From contig JBEKDT010000003.1 in the NCBI GenBank assembly GCA_050014195.1, positions 64,001 through 128,000 on the forward strand: a DNA stretch of 64,000 bases, read 5' to 3'. Shown here piece by piece: positions 19,194 through 28,726 of the stretch (position 1 is its first letter; the number at the start of each line of letters is the position of its first letter). The stretch is from Desulfomonilia bacterium (lineage in GTDB: Bacteria > Desulfobacterota > Desulfomonilia > UBA1062). The translations under genes and the position numbers were made by a program. The notes under the pieces are model-generated. The model was not told where the DNA came from. It saw only the letters and a program-made list of their open reading frames with translations, and did no database searches.

Positions 19194-19730
19194 TTATCCG
19201 GATTCTTCCGGGATAAAGCCTATGCGCGGTTTCCTCTTTGCATGTCCAGGCTTCATCAATTGCTTCATGAGATTCACCATGGAGAGGATCTGTTCGTCGT
19301 GGTCGGCCAGCCTTATTTCCATCTTGTAGATCCTGCTTGAGAGCTCCTTGTGTTCTCCAATGACCCGGCGCAGTTTTACAAAGGCCCGTACGATGAAAAC
19401 GCTCACCTCTACGGCTTTTGCAGAATTGAGCACGCTGGCGGCCATGATGGAACCATGCTCCGTGAATACATACGGGAGGGACTTGGAAAATTTCAGGCCT
19501 TCGAGGTGGCCGCAGCTTGCGACCAGCAGTGCCTTTTCTTCAGGCGTGAGCTGAAACATGAAATCATGGGGGAAGCGTTCTTTGTTTCTCTTCACCTGTT
19601 CGTTCAGGCGCTTTGTGGGCACGCCGTACAACTCGGCCAGGTCCGAGTCTATGATGACCTTTTCGCCGCGTATGAACAGGATGCGCTCCTCGATTATGCC
19701 GACCCTTACTACCTCATTCTCTGGAGACAT
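19194..19730 (-). CDS. ORF6N domain (KilA-N-like) DNA-binding protein
   Basis: IRGEKVIIDSDLAELYGVPTKRLNEQVKRNKERFPHDFMFQL, PYVFTEHG, C-terminal coiled coil ending in RIGF. Confidence 0.92.
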   Translation of the reverse strand: MSPENEVVRVGIIEERILFIRGEKVIIDSDLAELYGVPTKRLNEQVKRNKERFPHDFMFQLTPEEKALLVASCGHLEGLKFSKSLPYVFTEHGSIMAASVLNSAKAVEVSVFIVRAFVKLRRVIGEHKELSSRIYKMEIRLADHDEQILSMVNLMKQLMKPGHAKRKPRIGFIPEESG

Positions 19731-19753
19731 CGTGCCTCACTCCTTAAGGGAGA

Positions 19754-19796
19754 TTTCATAGGGGGTGGTCGCATTTTGCGACCACCCCCTATGAAA
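19754..19796. repeat. perfect 20-bp inverted repeat upstream of the ORF6N gene
   Basis: TTTCATAGGGGGTGGTCGCA-TTT-TGCGACCACCCCCTATGAAA. Confidence 0.85.
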
Positions 19797-19882
19797 AGCA
19801 GACCTTTGTATTATGCTTAAAACTTCCGGCCGATGCCGTACCATTATCAGCAGGATGTCGGGTTTGTCAAAGAGGGGATAAA

Positions 19883-20809
19883 TCAGTTTCTTCGCTCTCC
19901 TCCGCCTCTACCGCCGCCTCCCGGGGGCGGGCTGATCCAACCACCGCCGTGAGGGGTCGGGCTGCCCATTCTGCCGCTTGGCACTCCTTGAGCATGCGGT
20001 GCATTAAAGATCGTCCTTTCACTCCTTGGAATCCCCGTAGGGATAGAATCCATATGCCGGGGCATGCCTATGCCGCCGAATGTTTTCCCCTTAAATCTTG
20101 CCACGGGGTCGATCCTGAAGGCATGATGGGATCCGTGTTCATGGAAATGATTGGTGATGACCACTACCTTGTTATGCCGGTGCATAATCCGATGGAAATC
20201 GTGCAGGATGAAGAATCCGGGGAACCACAGATCCGACCACCAGAACGGGCAAGGAACCCAGGTATACAAATCATAGTAATCCGGCGGAGGACAGTAGTAG
20301 GTGACCACCGGCGGACCTTCCTCTGTATAGCTGTCGTTTACCACCGCAGGGTTCGGGTAATTCGCGCAGCTTGCAGGGTTAGGCTGGTAGTTTGTTCCGG
20401 CAATGAAAGGTCTGAGAGACAAGCCAAGGCCGACCGTAACAGTATTGAACTTCTTCAGGGCATCTTCCTTGCTCATCGAAAGCTTGCCGGCAGCAGCGGC
20501 TTCAGCAAGTGAATTTTGCAGCTCAACGATAATGTCGGGAGTAACCGGATAATCGGCAATCCACCCATTCCGCGGAGCAATGCCGAGCTCTCCCAGAGAG
20601 CTCTCGGCCTCGGCCTCGTCATCGGTATTTACCACGGCCAATGCAGACGCCAGCTCGACTGCGAAGCCGCCTTCATTTATCAACGGCTGGCTCACGGGCG
20701 GAGCGCCCGGGTCTGACTGCTCCGATTGCGCAAGGATCATTACAGGCATCAAGAGCAGAAACAAGCTGATCATACATATTCCCGCATCTCTCGATGGTCG
20801 CATGTGCAT
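19883..20809 (-). CDS. secreted hypothetical protein (paralog 1)
   Basis: Signal peptide; GIAPRNGWIADYPVTPD and GPPVVTYYxPPPDY..WVPCPFWW shared with its neighbour; Gly/Arg-rich tail. Confidence 0.75.
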   Translation of the reverse strand: MHMRPSRDAGICMISLFLLLMPVMILAQSEQSDPGAPPVSQPLINEGGFAVELASALAVVNTDDEAEAESSLGELGIAPRNGWIADYPVTPDIIVELQNSLAEAAAAGKLSMSKEDALKKFNTVTVGLGLSLRPFIAGTNYQPNPASCANYPNPAVVNDSYTEEGPPVVTYYCPPPDYYDLYTWVPCPFWWSDLWFPGFFILHDFHRIMHRHNKVVVITNHFHEHGSHHAFRIDPVARFKGKTFGGIGMPRHMDSIPTGIPRSERTIFNAPHAQGVPSGRMGSPTPHGGGWISPPPGGGGRGGGERRN

Positions 20810-20842
20810 ATCATCCTTCTCCTTATATACGCTCCAACACTT

Positions 20843-21820
20843 TTATCGTTTTTTTATGAACCCCCTGCCGAAAGAACCTCTGCCTCCACCGGAGGGCGAG
20901 CCGGTCGTTCTCTCCCTGGACATCATTCGTGTGCGGGTCCCGTTAAAAATGGTCCTTTCGCTTCTCGGAACCCCCGTAGAGATATAGTTACCTCTATTAC
21001 TATTAGGAGTGCCTCTACCGGTAACGGTTCTTCCATTATGAGAAGCACCTGTACCAGCAACGGTTCTCCCAGTATGAGGAGCACCTATGCCGGCATAGGA
21101 TCTTCCATTGAATCTCGATATGGCATCGACACGAAAAACCCTATGATCTCTTATATCATTGAAATGATTCGTTATGAATACCGCCCTATGATTCACGTAT
21201 TCGATCCTGTGGAAATCATGGAGGATGAAAAATCCGGCAAACCAGAAATCGACCCACCAGAACGGACAGGGGACCCATGAGTACAGGTAATCATAGTCAG
21301 GAGGTGGTGCGTAGTATGTCACTACCGGAGGGCCTTGGTTGGAATAATAGTTGTTTATCACTGTTTGATCGGGTGATTGCCCGGGACCCGATGGGCGGGG
21401 TTGATTGGAGGCATAAGGCCTTATGGATAAATTGAGGTCCGCTACTGTGTCTTGGAATATATGCAGGGCCTCATCTCTTTCGTCGGGTAGCCTTTGGGCA
21501 ATCGCGGCATCACTCACTGATTTTTGTAACTCGGTGATGACGTCGGGGGTAACCGGGTAATCGGCGATCCACCCATTACGCGGTGCGATGCCGACCTCAC
21601 CGAGTCGGCTCTCGGCTTCAACTTCATCCTGGGTTGATCCGAGGCCCAATGCGGTATCCAGCTTGATCGCAAAGTCTCCTTCACGGACCAGCTGCTGTGC
21701 CAACGGAGGCGAGGCCGGTGCTGTCTGATCCAATTGTGCATGAATCATTGCCGGCATCAGAAACAAAAGACACAGACTGACAATACATGATCCCTTATAC
21801 CTGAAAGGCAACCGTTTCAT
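20843..21820 (-). CDS. secreted hypothetical protein (paralog 2)
   Basis: Same motifs as 19883..20809 plus a 12-aa repeat expansion. Confidence 0.75.
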   Translation of the reverse strand: MKRLPFRYKGSCIVSLCLLFLMPAMIHAQLDQTAPASPPLAQQLVREGDFAIKLDTALGLGSTQDEVEAESRLGEVGIAPRNGWIADYPVTPDVITELQKSVSDAAIAQRLPDERDEALHIFQDTVADLNLSIRPYASNQPRPSGPGQSPDQTVINNYYSNQGPPVVTYYAPPPDYDYLYSWVPCPFWWVDFWFAGFFILHDFHRIEYVNHRAVFITNHFNDIRDHRVFRVDAISRFNGRSYAGIGAPHTGRTVAGTGASHNGRTVTGRGTPNSNRGNYISTGVPRSERTIFNGTRTRMMSRERTTGSPSGGGRGSFGRGFIKKR

Positions 21821-21993
21821 TGAACTTCTCCTTTCATCTTTCGCTCTCTCTATATATAGTCTGGGCTCTGAAAATTCCAGTCCCCGTGATCAGGAGAATC
21901 AGGAAATACATTGCCGATTATCTTCATCCGCAATGAATATTCCTGCGATCTCATCTGGGTATAGTCAAAAGATGAAGGGGACCATGGCCTTCC

Positions 21994-22995
21994 CTAGCCG
22001 GCCACCTTGAGCACGATCTTCCCGATGTGCATGCCGCTTTCCATGAGCCGGTGTGCCTCACCGGCTTCAGCCAGCGGAAAGACCTTGTGTATCACCGGGC
22101 CGCAGCGGCCTGCATCCAGAACCGGCCACACCGATTCATGCAGCTCGCTCGCGATCCTCCCCTTCTCGGCAGTGGTGCGCGGCCGCATCATGGAACCGGT
22201 TATGACCAGCCGGTGAGACATCACGTGCATGAGGTCGATCTCGACCATTGATCCCTTCATAACGGAGATCTGCACCAGCCGCCCGTCCATGGCAAGGCAA
22301 CCAAGATTGCGCTGCGTGTTCGGAGCGCCTACGATATCGAGCACCACATCAACGCCCCTGTCTCCAACAAGCCCGCGGAGCGCTTCCGCAAAATCCGTCT
22401 CGCGATAGTTGATGGCAGCGTCTGCGCCGAGTTTCACGCAGGCGTCGCATTTCTCCCTGTTCCCTTCCGTAACAAAGACGCGGCTGCCGAATTCACGCGC
22501 GAGCTGTATGGCCGTGATACCGATGCCGCCCGCCCCCCCGTGCACGAGCACCGACTCACCCCTCGTAAGCCTGCCGATCTGGAACAGGTTCGCCCAGACC
22601 GTGAAGTATGTCTCGGGAAGCGCTGCCGCCCGGATTGCATCATAGCCTTTCGGCCAGGGCAGGCACTGCGGAGAAGGGGCGACACAGTATTCGGCGTAGC
22701 CGCCGCCGTTGGTAAGGGCGCAAACCATTTCGCCCGGTTTCACTGACTTTACCGTCCGGCCCACGGCCGCTACCTGGCCCGCCACATCCAGGCCGATCAC
22801 CGGACTGACACCTTCCGGCAGGGGGTAGACGCCCATGCGCTGCAGAACATCCGGATAATTCACGCCTGCAGCCAGCACCCGGATGAGAACCTCGTCGTCC
22901 CCGGGCTGCGGCACCGGCCCGGTGCCCAGCCGCATGACCTCAGGTCCGCCCGGCTTGAGCGTTTCAATGAAATTCATCCGTTCCGGCATCTTCAT
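21994..22995 (-). CDS. NAD(P)H-quinone oxidoreductase, PIG3 family (MDR)
   Basis: AGVNYPD, ALPETYFTVWANL, VLVHGGAGGIG, HIGKIVL. Confidence 0.92.
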   Translation of the reverse strand: MKMPERMNFIETLKPGGPEVMRLGTGPVPQPGDDEVLIRVLAAGVNYPDVLQRMGVYPLPEGVSPVIGLDVAGQVAAVGRTVKSVKPGEMVCALTNGGGYAEYCVAPSPQCLPWPKGYDAIRAAALPETYFTVWANLFQIGRLTRGESVLVHGGAGGIGITAIQLAREFGSRVFVTEGNREKCDACVKLGADAAINYRETDFAEALRGLVGDRGVDVVLDIVGAPNTQRNLGCLAMDGRLVQISVMKGSMVEIDLMHVMSHRLVITGSMMRPRTTAEKGRIASELHESVWPVLDAGRCGPVIHKVFPLAEAGEAHRLMESGMHIGKIVLKVAG

Positions 22996-23296
22996 GGTTC
23001 ATCCTCCTTCAGACCGGGGATTACCGCTGACGAGAATTTTTTCGCTCATCATGGCCGTTCTCCTTTCCTGGATATTAAGAGATTGGTCTCCCTTTTCAAT
23101 ATGGTCCGGGCAGATTATTATCCAGATATTGACATGGTGATTTAGTGGATTATATTCTAAAGAAGGCTGCAAAAAATTTTACCCATTAAATGCTATAAAA
23201 TGCAATTCGTGTTTTGCTTTGGATTTCAAAGAGAATAATACCAGCACATATTTTTATCGTTGCTTAGCTACCATGACAAATCAGGGAGGGTATATC

Positions 23297-24571
23297 ATGA
23301 AAAAAACCGGAATAAAGTACACATTGGCATTTGTTCTCATTATTGCAGCCCTGTTCGCCAATACAACATATGCATATGATGCAACAGGACGCCAGCTTGC
23401 GCAGAATGCGATAGCATCATTGCAATCCGTTGCAACGACCTCAACGACGAAGAATGTTGCGTGGCTAAACTGGTCATGGTTTGAGGTGAACTTCTATGAT
23501 GGAAAATATCCATATCCAATAACTGTGGATGTTCTCGGCAGCAACCTCGCCAGTGCAAAGAAGGTTATCTACCTGCTCCCGGGTGGAGGCGGCAATTTCA
23601 GTGCAAGTTTCTTTACGCCTATGGACAACAATCTCGCCCAATTCTTTCGCCAGGCCGGATTCCTCGTGATAGGTATAACGCCCAGGGAAGACAATGCACC
23701 ACCAGGAAATTATATGGCAGATTGGGGGATGGCAGCGCACAAAGCTGATATCCAGGAGATCATCGGGATAATCCAGGCGAAGATCAAGCTACCCTACTGG
23801 GTGCTGGGCCACTCCTTCGGCGCAGCATATGCTCTTGATTATTCAAGTACCTGCAGTGATGATCTTTTCAAAAAGGTCATCGCGCTCGATATCTACAGTT
23901 TTGATCCAGCAAAGGTCCCGGACATGGTCACCGATGCAGAGATAACATATGAAGCGTTTGTGGATTTGATCATCAATGAAGGCCAGTATGCAGACACAAC
24001 CTTTTCGGATTTTAAGTCATTGATGTTTATATCCTTGCTTTTCCCAAAATCAGATTCCGGTGAGTTACGGCCGATCGGTGGCGACTTTACGTATGAGGGG
24101 CTGCTCTACTTTTCAATGATCGACAGCTATCTGCTCCCGGGGATTCATACACCGCTTACCGGTCTGGCGAATGACTGGCCTTTGGTTCAGAGTTATGTAG
24201 CAGGGAAATACATATTTGCGGCTAATCCATTGGCTGATATGTACAGGTTGACTCATTCAGATATATGCACATTGAGGACTGCTATTTTCAAGCTTGGGAG
24301 CGGCTTGACTCCATGCGCCGTGTACCGCGATTATTTCGCAGTGAATGCCTATAATGGCGCCTATACAATCAATTGGTCAGGGATTCGTGTCCCGGTCTTA
24401 TGGGTGAATTCGCGGCTCGGGTATGGTGGGAATACCTATGGTGCAACCCTGATTAAGAACTCTGGAAACACGAATGTCAAGGTACCACAGAGTATTCCCG
24501 GATACGGACATTTAGATCTTCTCTTCAGCAACACTGCCCAAGGAGATGTCTGGAACTTGTTCCTGAAATAG
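23297..24571 (+). CDS. secreted alpha/beta hydrolase
   Basis: Signal peptide after GGAGG; nucleophile elbow GHSFG; C-terminal GYGHLD. Confidence 0.75.
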   Translation: MKKTGIKYTLAFVLIIAALFANTTYAYDATGRQLAQNAIASLQSVATTSTTKNVAWLNWSWFEVNFYDGKYPYPITVDVLGSNLASAKKVIYLLPGGGGNFSASFFTPMDNNLAQFFRQAGFLVIGITPREDNAPPGNYMADWGMAAHKADIQEIIGIIQAKIKLPYWVLGHSFGAAYALDYSSTCSDDLFKKVIALDIYSFDPAKVPDMVTDAEITYEAFVDLIINEGQYADTTFSDFKSLMFISLLFPKSDSGELRPIGGDFTYEGLLYFSMIDSYLLPGIHTPLTGLANDWPLVQSYVAGKYIFAANPLADMYRLTHSDICTLRTAIFKLGSGLTPCAVYRDYFAVNAYNGAYTINWSGIRVPVLWVNSRLGYGGNTYGATLIKNSGNTNVKVPQSIPGYGHLDLLFSNTAQGDVWNLFLK

Positions 24572-24596
24572 GTGAATTCAGATCCAGGCATTAAAT

Positions 24597-24634
24597 AAAA
24601 AGATTGAGGGAGGGCCTTCGCCCTCCCTCAATCT
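24597..24634. terminator. intrinsic terminator between convergent genes
   Basis: 15-bp perfect stem AGATTGAGGGAGGGC/GCCCTCCCTCAATCT, with an A-run on the left (U-tail on the minus strand). Confidence 0.85.
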
Positions 24635-24655
24635 CATTCTAGAAGATATCTTTTG

Positions 24656-26371
24656 CTACTCGTTCATTGCGTACTCGCCGTTCAAAACAGACACATACTT
24701 CTCCCAGACCTTGTTGTACTGCTCGGGGTTCGATACGCCCTTGATGAGCATGATCTTTGTGCAGTATTCGCGCTGAGCGTCCTTGGAGTTGTGGTTGCCG
24801 TAGATCTGCAGGGCGAAATGGGCAAAGTCGCGCACCATGAAGTCGAAGATCTGGTTGATGATGTCCGGGTCCACCTTGTCGAACTTGGCCTGCTCTAAGA
24901 TGAGCTGGCCGTAGACCACGATGGAGAACATCTCGCCCACGGGCAGGGACCACGAGGGAGCCATGTCCTGGGCCTTGTCCGGGCCGGCCTTTTCCAGCAT
25001 CTCCTTGAAGATCTCGATCTGCTTGATGAAGGTGGCCACGTTCGGCAGGCCCTTGTTGGCCTCGAACACGGGCTTGTAGTCGTGGAACTGGACCGAGCCC
25101 AGGCCCTTGGTGGGGCCCTGGTTGAACAGGAACGAGTCGTCCTTCAGCGAGAAGTCGGGTGCCGCAGGGGCGTACTCGGCCGGGGTGAAGAAATAGTTCT
25201 TCATGAACTTTCTGATGAGCTGCACGTTCACGTGCACCGTGCCCTCGAGCTTGGACGGGCCGCGCACGTCGGCGGCGGCCATGTGGAAGTAGGTGTCCTT
25301 CTCGAAGCCCTTGGCGGCTATCACATCCCAGAGCAGGTTGATGACGTCTTCGGACTGCAGGGTCACCTTCATCTTGCTCGTGGGGTTGTAGAGCAGGTAG
25401 CGCCTGTCACTGGCGCTCGCACCCCTGAAGTAGTCGGTGGAGCGGCGCTGGTACATCTTCATGGCCACGAGCCGCAGCCAGGCGTCCATGAAGTTCTTGC
25501 GCACGTGGGGCATGTCGGTTACCTTCATGCCGTAGAGGATGCGGTTCGATGCGTGTGTGATGGCCTCGTAGAAGCAGTGCTCGGCAACGCCGATGGATGC
25601 CGGGCCGATGTTGAACTTGCCGATGTTTACGGTATTGAGCGCCGAGTCCCACGCATGGGGGCCCCGGGAGAGGATGTCGTCTTCGGTGATTGGGTAGTCG
25701 TGGAGCGCGAAGTTGGAAACGTACTCCTGGTGGCTGATGACGTTCTTCTTGAGCTCATAGGCCTTGTGGCGGTAGTTGGTGGAGAAGAAGGTGTAGTCGT
25801 CGGTGCCGTCCTTGACCTTGCCCAGGGTGGAGACCATCTCGGCCTCGTTGCCGTTGCCGATGTAGTACTTCTCGCCGTTGGCGACAAACGTGCCGTCACC
25901 CTTGGGGGTGAGAGTCGTCTCGGTGGAGTAGATGTCTGCGCCGTGGGTGCGCTCGGAAAGCCCGAAGGCGAAGATGGCGCCTCCCTTGAGCAGCTGTGCG
26001 GCCCTCTTCTTGGCCTTCTCGTTGGGGCTCATCCAGATGGGGCCCAGGCCCAATATGGTCACCTGGAAGCAGTACCAGTATCCCAGCCCGTAGAAGGCCA
26101 GCAGCTCGGAATACTCGCTGTTGCGCGCCGTGTCCCAGCGGGCATCCGGATCGTCCTCGGCATACTGTTTGGGGGTAAGCAGCTTGAAGAATATCCGTTC
26201 CCGTGCGAGAAAATCGATGAACTCCCGGTACCAGATCTTCTTGTTGTAGTCGTCGAGCAGCCTCTGCTTGCCCATGTTCTCGAAGAAGACAATAGTCTTG
26301 TCCATGATGGCCTTTGACCCTTCATCGGCCATAAGGCTCTTATACTTCTTGGGCTGGATCAGATAATTCAT
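24656..26371 (-). CDS. acyl-CoA dehydrogenase
   Basis: AFGLSERTHGAD, ANGEKYYIGN, KLEGTVHVN; start moved to MNYLIQ after AGGAGA. Confidence 0.9.
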   Translation of the reverse strand: MNYLIQPKKYKSLMADEGSKAIMDKTIVFFENMGKQRLLDDYNKKIWYREFIDFLARERIFFKLLTPKQYAEDDPDARWDTARNSEYSELLAFYGLGYWYCFQVTILGLGPIWMSPNEKAKKRAAQLLKGGAIFAFGLSERTHGADIYSTETTLTPKGDGTFVANGEKYYIGNGNEAEMVSTLGKVKDGTDDYTFFSTNYRHKAYELKKNVISHQEYVSNFALHDYPITEDDILSRGPHAWDSALNTVNIGKFNIGPASIGVAEHCFYEAITHASNRILYGMKVTDMPHVRKNFMDAWLRLVAMKMYQRRSTDYFRGASASDRRYLLYNPTSKMKVTLQSEDVINLLWDVIAAKGFEKDTYFHMAAADVRGPSKLEGTVHVNVQLIRKFMKNYFFTPAEYAPAAPDFSLKDDSFLFNQGPTKGLGSVQFHDYKPVFEANKGLPNVATFIKQIEIFKEMLEKAGPDKAQDMAPSWSLPVGEMFSIVVYGQLILEQAKFDKVDPDIINQIFDFMVRDFAHFALQIYGNHNSKDAQREYCTKIMLIKGVSNPEQYNKVWEKYVSVLNGEYAMNE

Positions 26372-26639
26372 ACGTATATGTCTCTCCTTTCCTGATTTTT
26401 CTCCTGAGTTTTTAAACGCGGTGCTCCCGAGCAGAACTTTTATCGGAGACAATTGCGTCTTCTTTTCATACACGAACACATGCAAAAAGAAAATCCCTTT
26501 CGTGAAATGGGCATTAACCATACTTTTACCGTCGGGTCTTATGGTCCGTCATTCCACTATGACCTTGATGTCTTCGGAAAAAAAAGGTACTCCTGAAAAA
26601 AGGCATCCGGTACGGTTTCCCAAACCGCAGGGGTTAGGT

Positions 26640-27815
26640 ATGAAGATATTGATCGTTGATCCTATAGGCGGGATCAGTGGGGACATGCTCTTAGGCGGTC
26701 TCGTGCACCTCGGGTGCCCCACCGAATACCTTGAGGAAATCTTCGGCAAGCTTACTATCGAACCGTTTTCCATGCACACGAAAGAGGATTCCATAAACGG
26801 CATCTCCTGCATCGGCCTCAGGTTCGACATACCGGAGTCTCGCGAGGGCAGGACCTATGCCTCTATCCGGGATACTATTCTTCCCGGGCTTCCCGAGGCG
26901 GTCCGGTTCAAGGCGGAAAAGGTCTTCCAGGCACTGGCTCAGGCTGAGTCCGGGGTCCACGGGTGTGCGGTAGAAGATGTTCATTTCCATGAGATCGGGG
27001 CCCTTGACTCCATCCTCGATATCACAGGCATAGCAGCAGCTCTCGATTATCTCGGCGTGGAAACTCTCTATTCTAGGCCCGTTCCGCTCGGCAGCGGTTT
27101 GACGAATTCACTTCACGGAATGATCCCGGTACCAGCACCTGCCACGGTGAAGCTGCTGGAGGGTATCAAGGTGAGGCCCTCTGCCATAGAGGCCGAGCTT
27201 ACTACGCCTACGGGGGCGGCAGTGCTTAAGGCCCTGGCGGAAAGAGGCGAGCCTCCTGAAGTGCTCGTCATCAAATCGGTGGGCTATGGGTGCGGCAGCA
27301 AGAGGTTCGAGAACTGGCCCAACCTCTGCCGTGTCATGCTCTGTGATGCCGATACCACCCTTGATTCAGAGAGCATATTCAAGGTTGAAGCGGATATAGA
27401 TGACATGATGCCGGAGGATGCCGTAGCGGCCCTGGATAGGATTATGGACGCCGGGGCCAGGGACGTGGGCATCAACCCGAGGATCATGAAGCGGGGCAGG
27501 CCCGGCTTTACCATTTCGGCATTATGCGAAGAAGCGGATCTTCAGGATGTGCTTTCTGCATTCCTCATGCATACTTCCACCATCGGCGTGCGGTATCATC
27601 CGATCCGGCGCCTCATCCTGCCAAGGCATCAATACCGGGTAAAAACCAGGTATGGTGAAGTGAGCATCAAAGAGGTGGTTCTGCCTGATGGAACACGCAG
27701 AACCAAGCCTGAATATACTGACCTCTTTGACATTTCATTAAGGACAGGCATCCCGATAACCGAGCTCAGGGATGAGGTGAAAAGGGTGATGCAGGAAAAT
27801 AAGCAGGAGGCATAA
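26640..27815 (+). CDS. larC: nickel pincer cofactor biosynthesis protein LarC (Ni insertase)
   Basis: GISGDMLLG, VHFHEIGALDSILD, HGMIPVPAPAT, ELTTPTGAA, IDDM.PE, MKRGRPG, TSTIGVR, KPEY. Confidence 0.93.
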   Translation: MKILIVDPIGGISGDMLLGGLVHLGCPTEYLEEIFGKLTIEPFSMHTKEDSINGISCIGLRFDIPESREGRTYASIRDTILPGLPEAVRFKAEKVFQALAQAESGVHGCAVEDVHFHEIGALDSILDITGIAAALDYLGVETLYSRPVPLGSGLTNSLHGMIPVPAPATVKLLEGIKVRPSAIEAELTTPTGAAVLKALAERGEPPEVLVIKSVGYGCGSKRFENWPNLCRVMLCDADTTLDSESIFKVEADIDDMMPEDAVAALDRIMDAGARDVGINPRIMKRGRPGFTISALCEEADLQDVLSAFLMHTSTIGVRYHPIRRLILPRHQYRVKTRYGEVSIKEVVLPDGTRRTKPEYTDLFDISLRTGIPITELRDEVKRVMQENKQEA

Positions 27816-27832
27816 CTGTTCCGGGAGGGGCC

Positions 27833-28579
27833 ATGAAGAATCTGCTCGATGCATACAAGAGGGGGGAGCTCAGCGCCGACGAGGTCCAGGAAAGGCTCAT
27901 GCGCATGCTCTACGAGGAAGGGGAAGACTTCCTCCTCGATCTCCACCGATCTCACCGCATCGGCTTTCCCGAAGTAATCTTTGCCGAAGGTAAGACCCTC
28001 GACCAGGTTGTCTCCATTGCCAGGAGCCTGTTTGAGAAGAACGGACAAGTGTTTGTGTCCATCATCGATGAAGAAAAAGAAAACCTCATCAGGCAGCAGT
28101 TTCAACGCGCTGAAGTTTCTAAGTCCGGGAGGCTCCTGCTCATCAAGAGGCATGGCCTTGCTGCCAGGAAAATGCCCGGATGCGCAGGCATCATCACCGC
28201 GGGCACGGCGGATGTCCCGTATGCGCAGGAGAGTGCACTCATCTTGGAGGAACTGGGCTTCGATCTCATCAAGGCCTTTGATGTGGGCGCATCCGGCATG
28301 CACAGGCCGCTTCTCGGCCTTAAAAAGGCAAAGGACGCAGATGTGCTCATCGTTTTTGCCGGCATGGACGGCGTGCTGCCCACACTCATGGCCTCGCTCA
28401 CGGACCTGCCCATCATCGCAGTCCCCACGCCCATAGGGTATGGCCATGGCGGCCTCGGCGAGGCCGCCCTTTCCACCATGCTCCAGTGCTGTGTTCCGGG
28501 GGTCATGGTCATGAACATCGGCAACAGCGTGGGTGCCGCCGCTGCAGCAGCACGAATACTCAAGGCCCTTCAAAAATAG
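27833..28579 (+). CDS. larB: nickel pincer cofactor biosynthesis protein LarB
   Basis: GFPEVIFAEGKT, TAGTADVP, DVGASG, AGMDGVLP, IAVPTPIGYG, MLQCCVPG..NIGN. Confidence 0.93.
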   Translation: MKNLLDAYKRGELSADEVQERLMRMLYEEGEDFLLDLHRSHRIGFPEVIFAEGKTLDQVVSIARSLFEKNGQVFVSIIDEEKENLIRQQFQRAEVSKSGRLLLIKRHGLAARKMPGCAGIITAGTADVPYAQESALILEELGFDLIKAFDVGASGMHRPLLGLKKAKDADVLIVFAGMDGVLPTLMASLTDLPIIAVPTPIGYGHGGLGEAALSTMLQCCVPGVMVMNIGNSVGAAAAAARILKALQK

Positions 28580-28608
28580 ACGGGTGGAGAGTTTCGATTC
28601 ACAGCAAC

Positions 28609-28666
28609 GTAGGAGCGCCTTCAGGCGCGACCCGGTTTAAAAAGTCGCGGCTAAAGCCGCTCCCAC
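28609..28666. repeat. inverted pair of GTAG-type REP-like palindromes
   Basis: GTAGGAGCGCCTTCAGGCGCGA ... TCGCGGCTAAAGCCGCTCCCAC between convergent genes. Confidence 0.7.
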
Positions 28667-28726
28667 ACAAAGCCCCTGGATCTGTCCTCTGAGGAGACCG
28701 CTTTTCTCATCCCCACTTCTGCCCTT

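Noticed and set aside
19194-19730. Prophage implied by ORF6N
   Set aside because: No integrase, structural or replication genes nearby; solitary ORF6N genes are common.
25082-26317. Long antisense ORFs (also 633..1775, 28844..29848, 49645..50679 and others)
   Set aside because: They are shadows of GC3-rich genes on the opposite strand, with no motifs or RBS.
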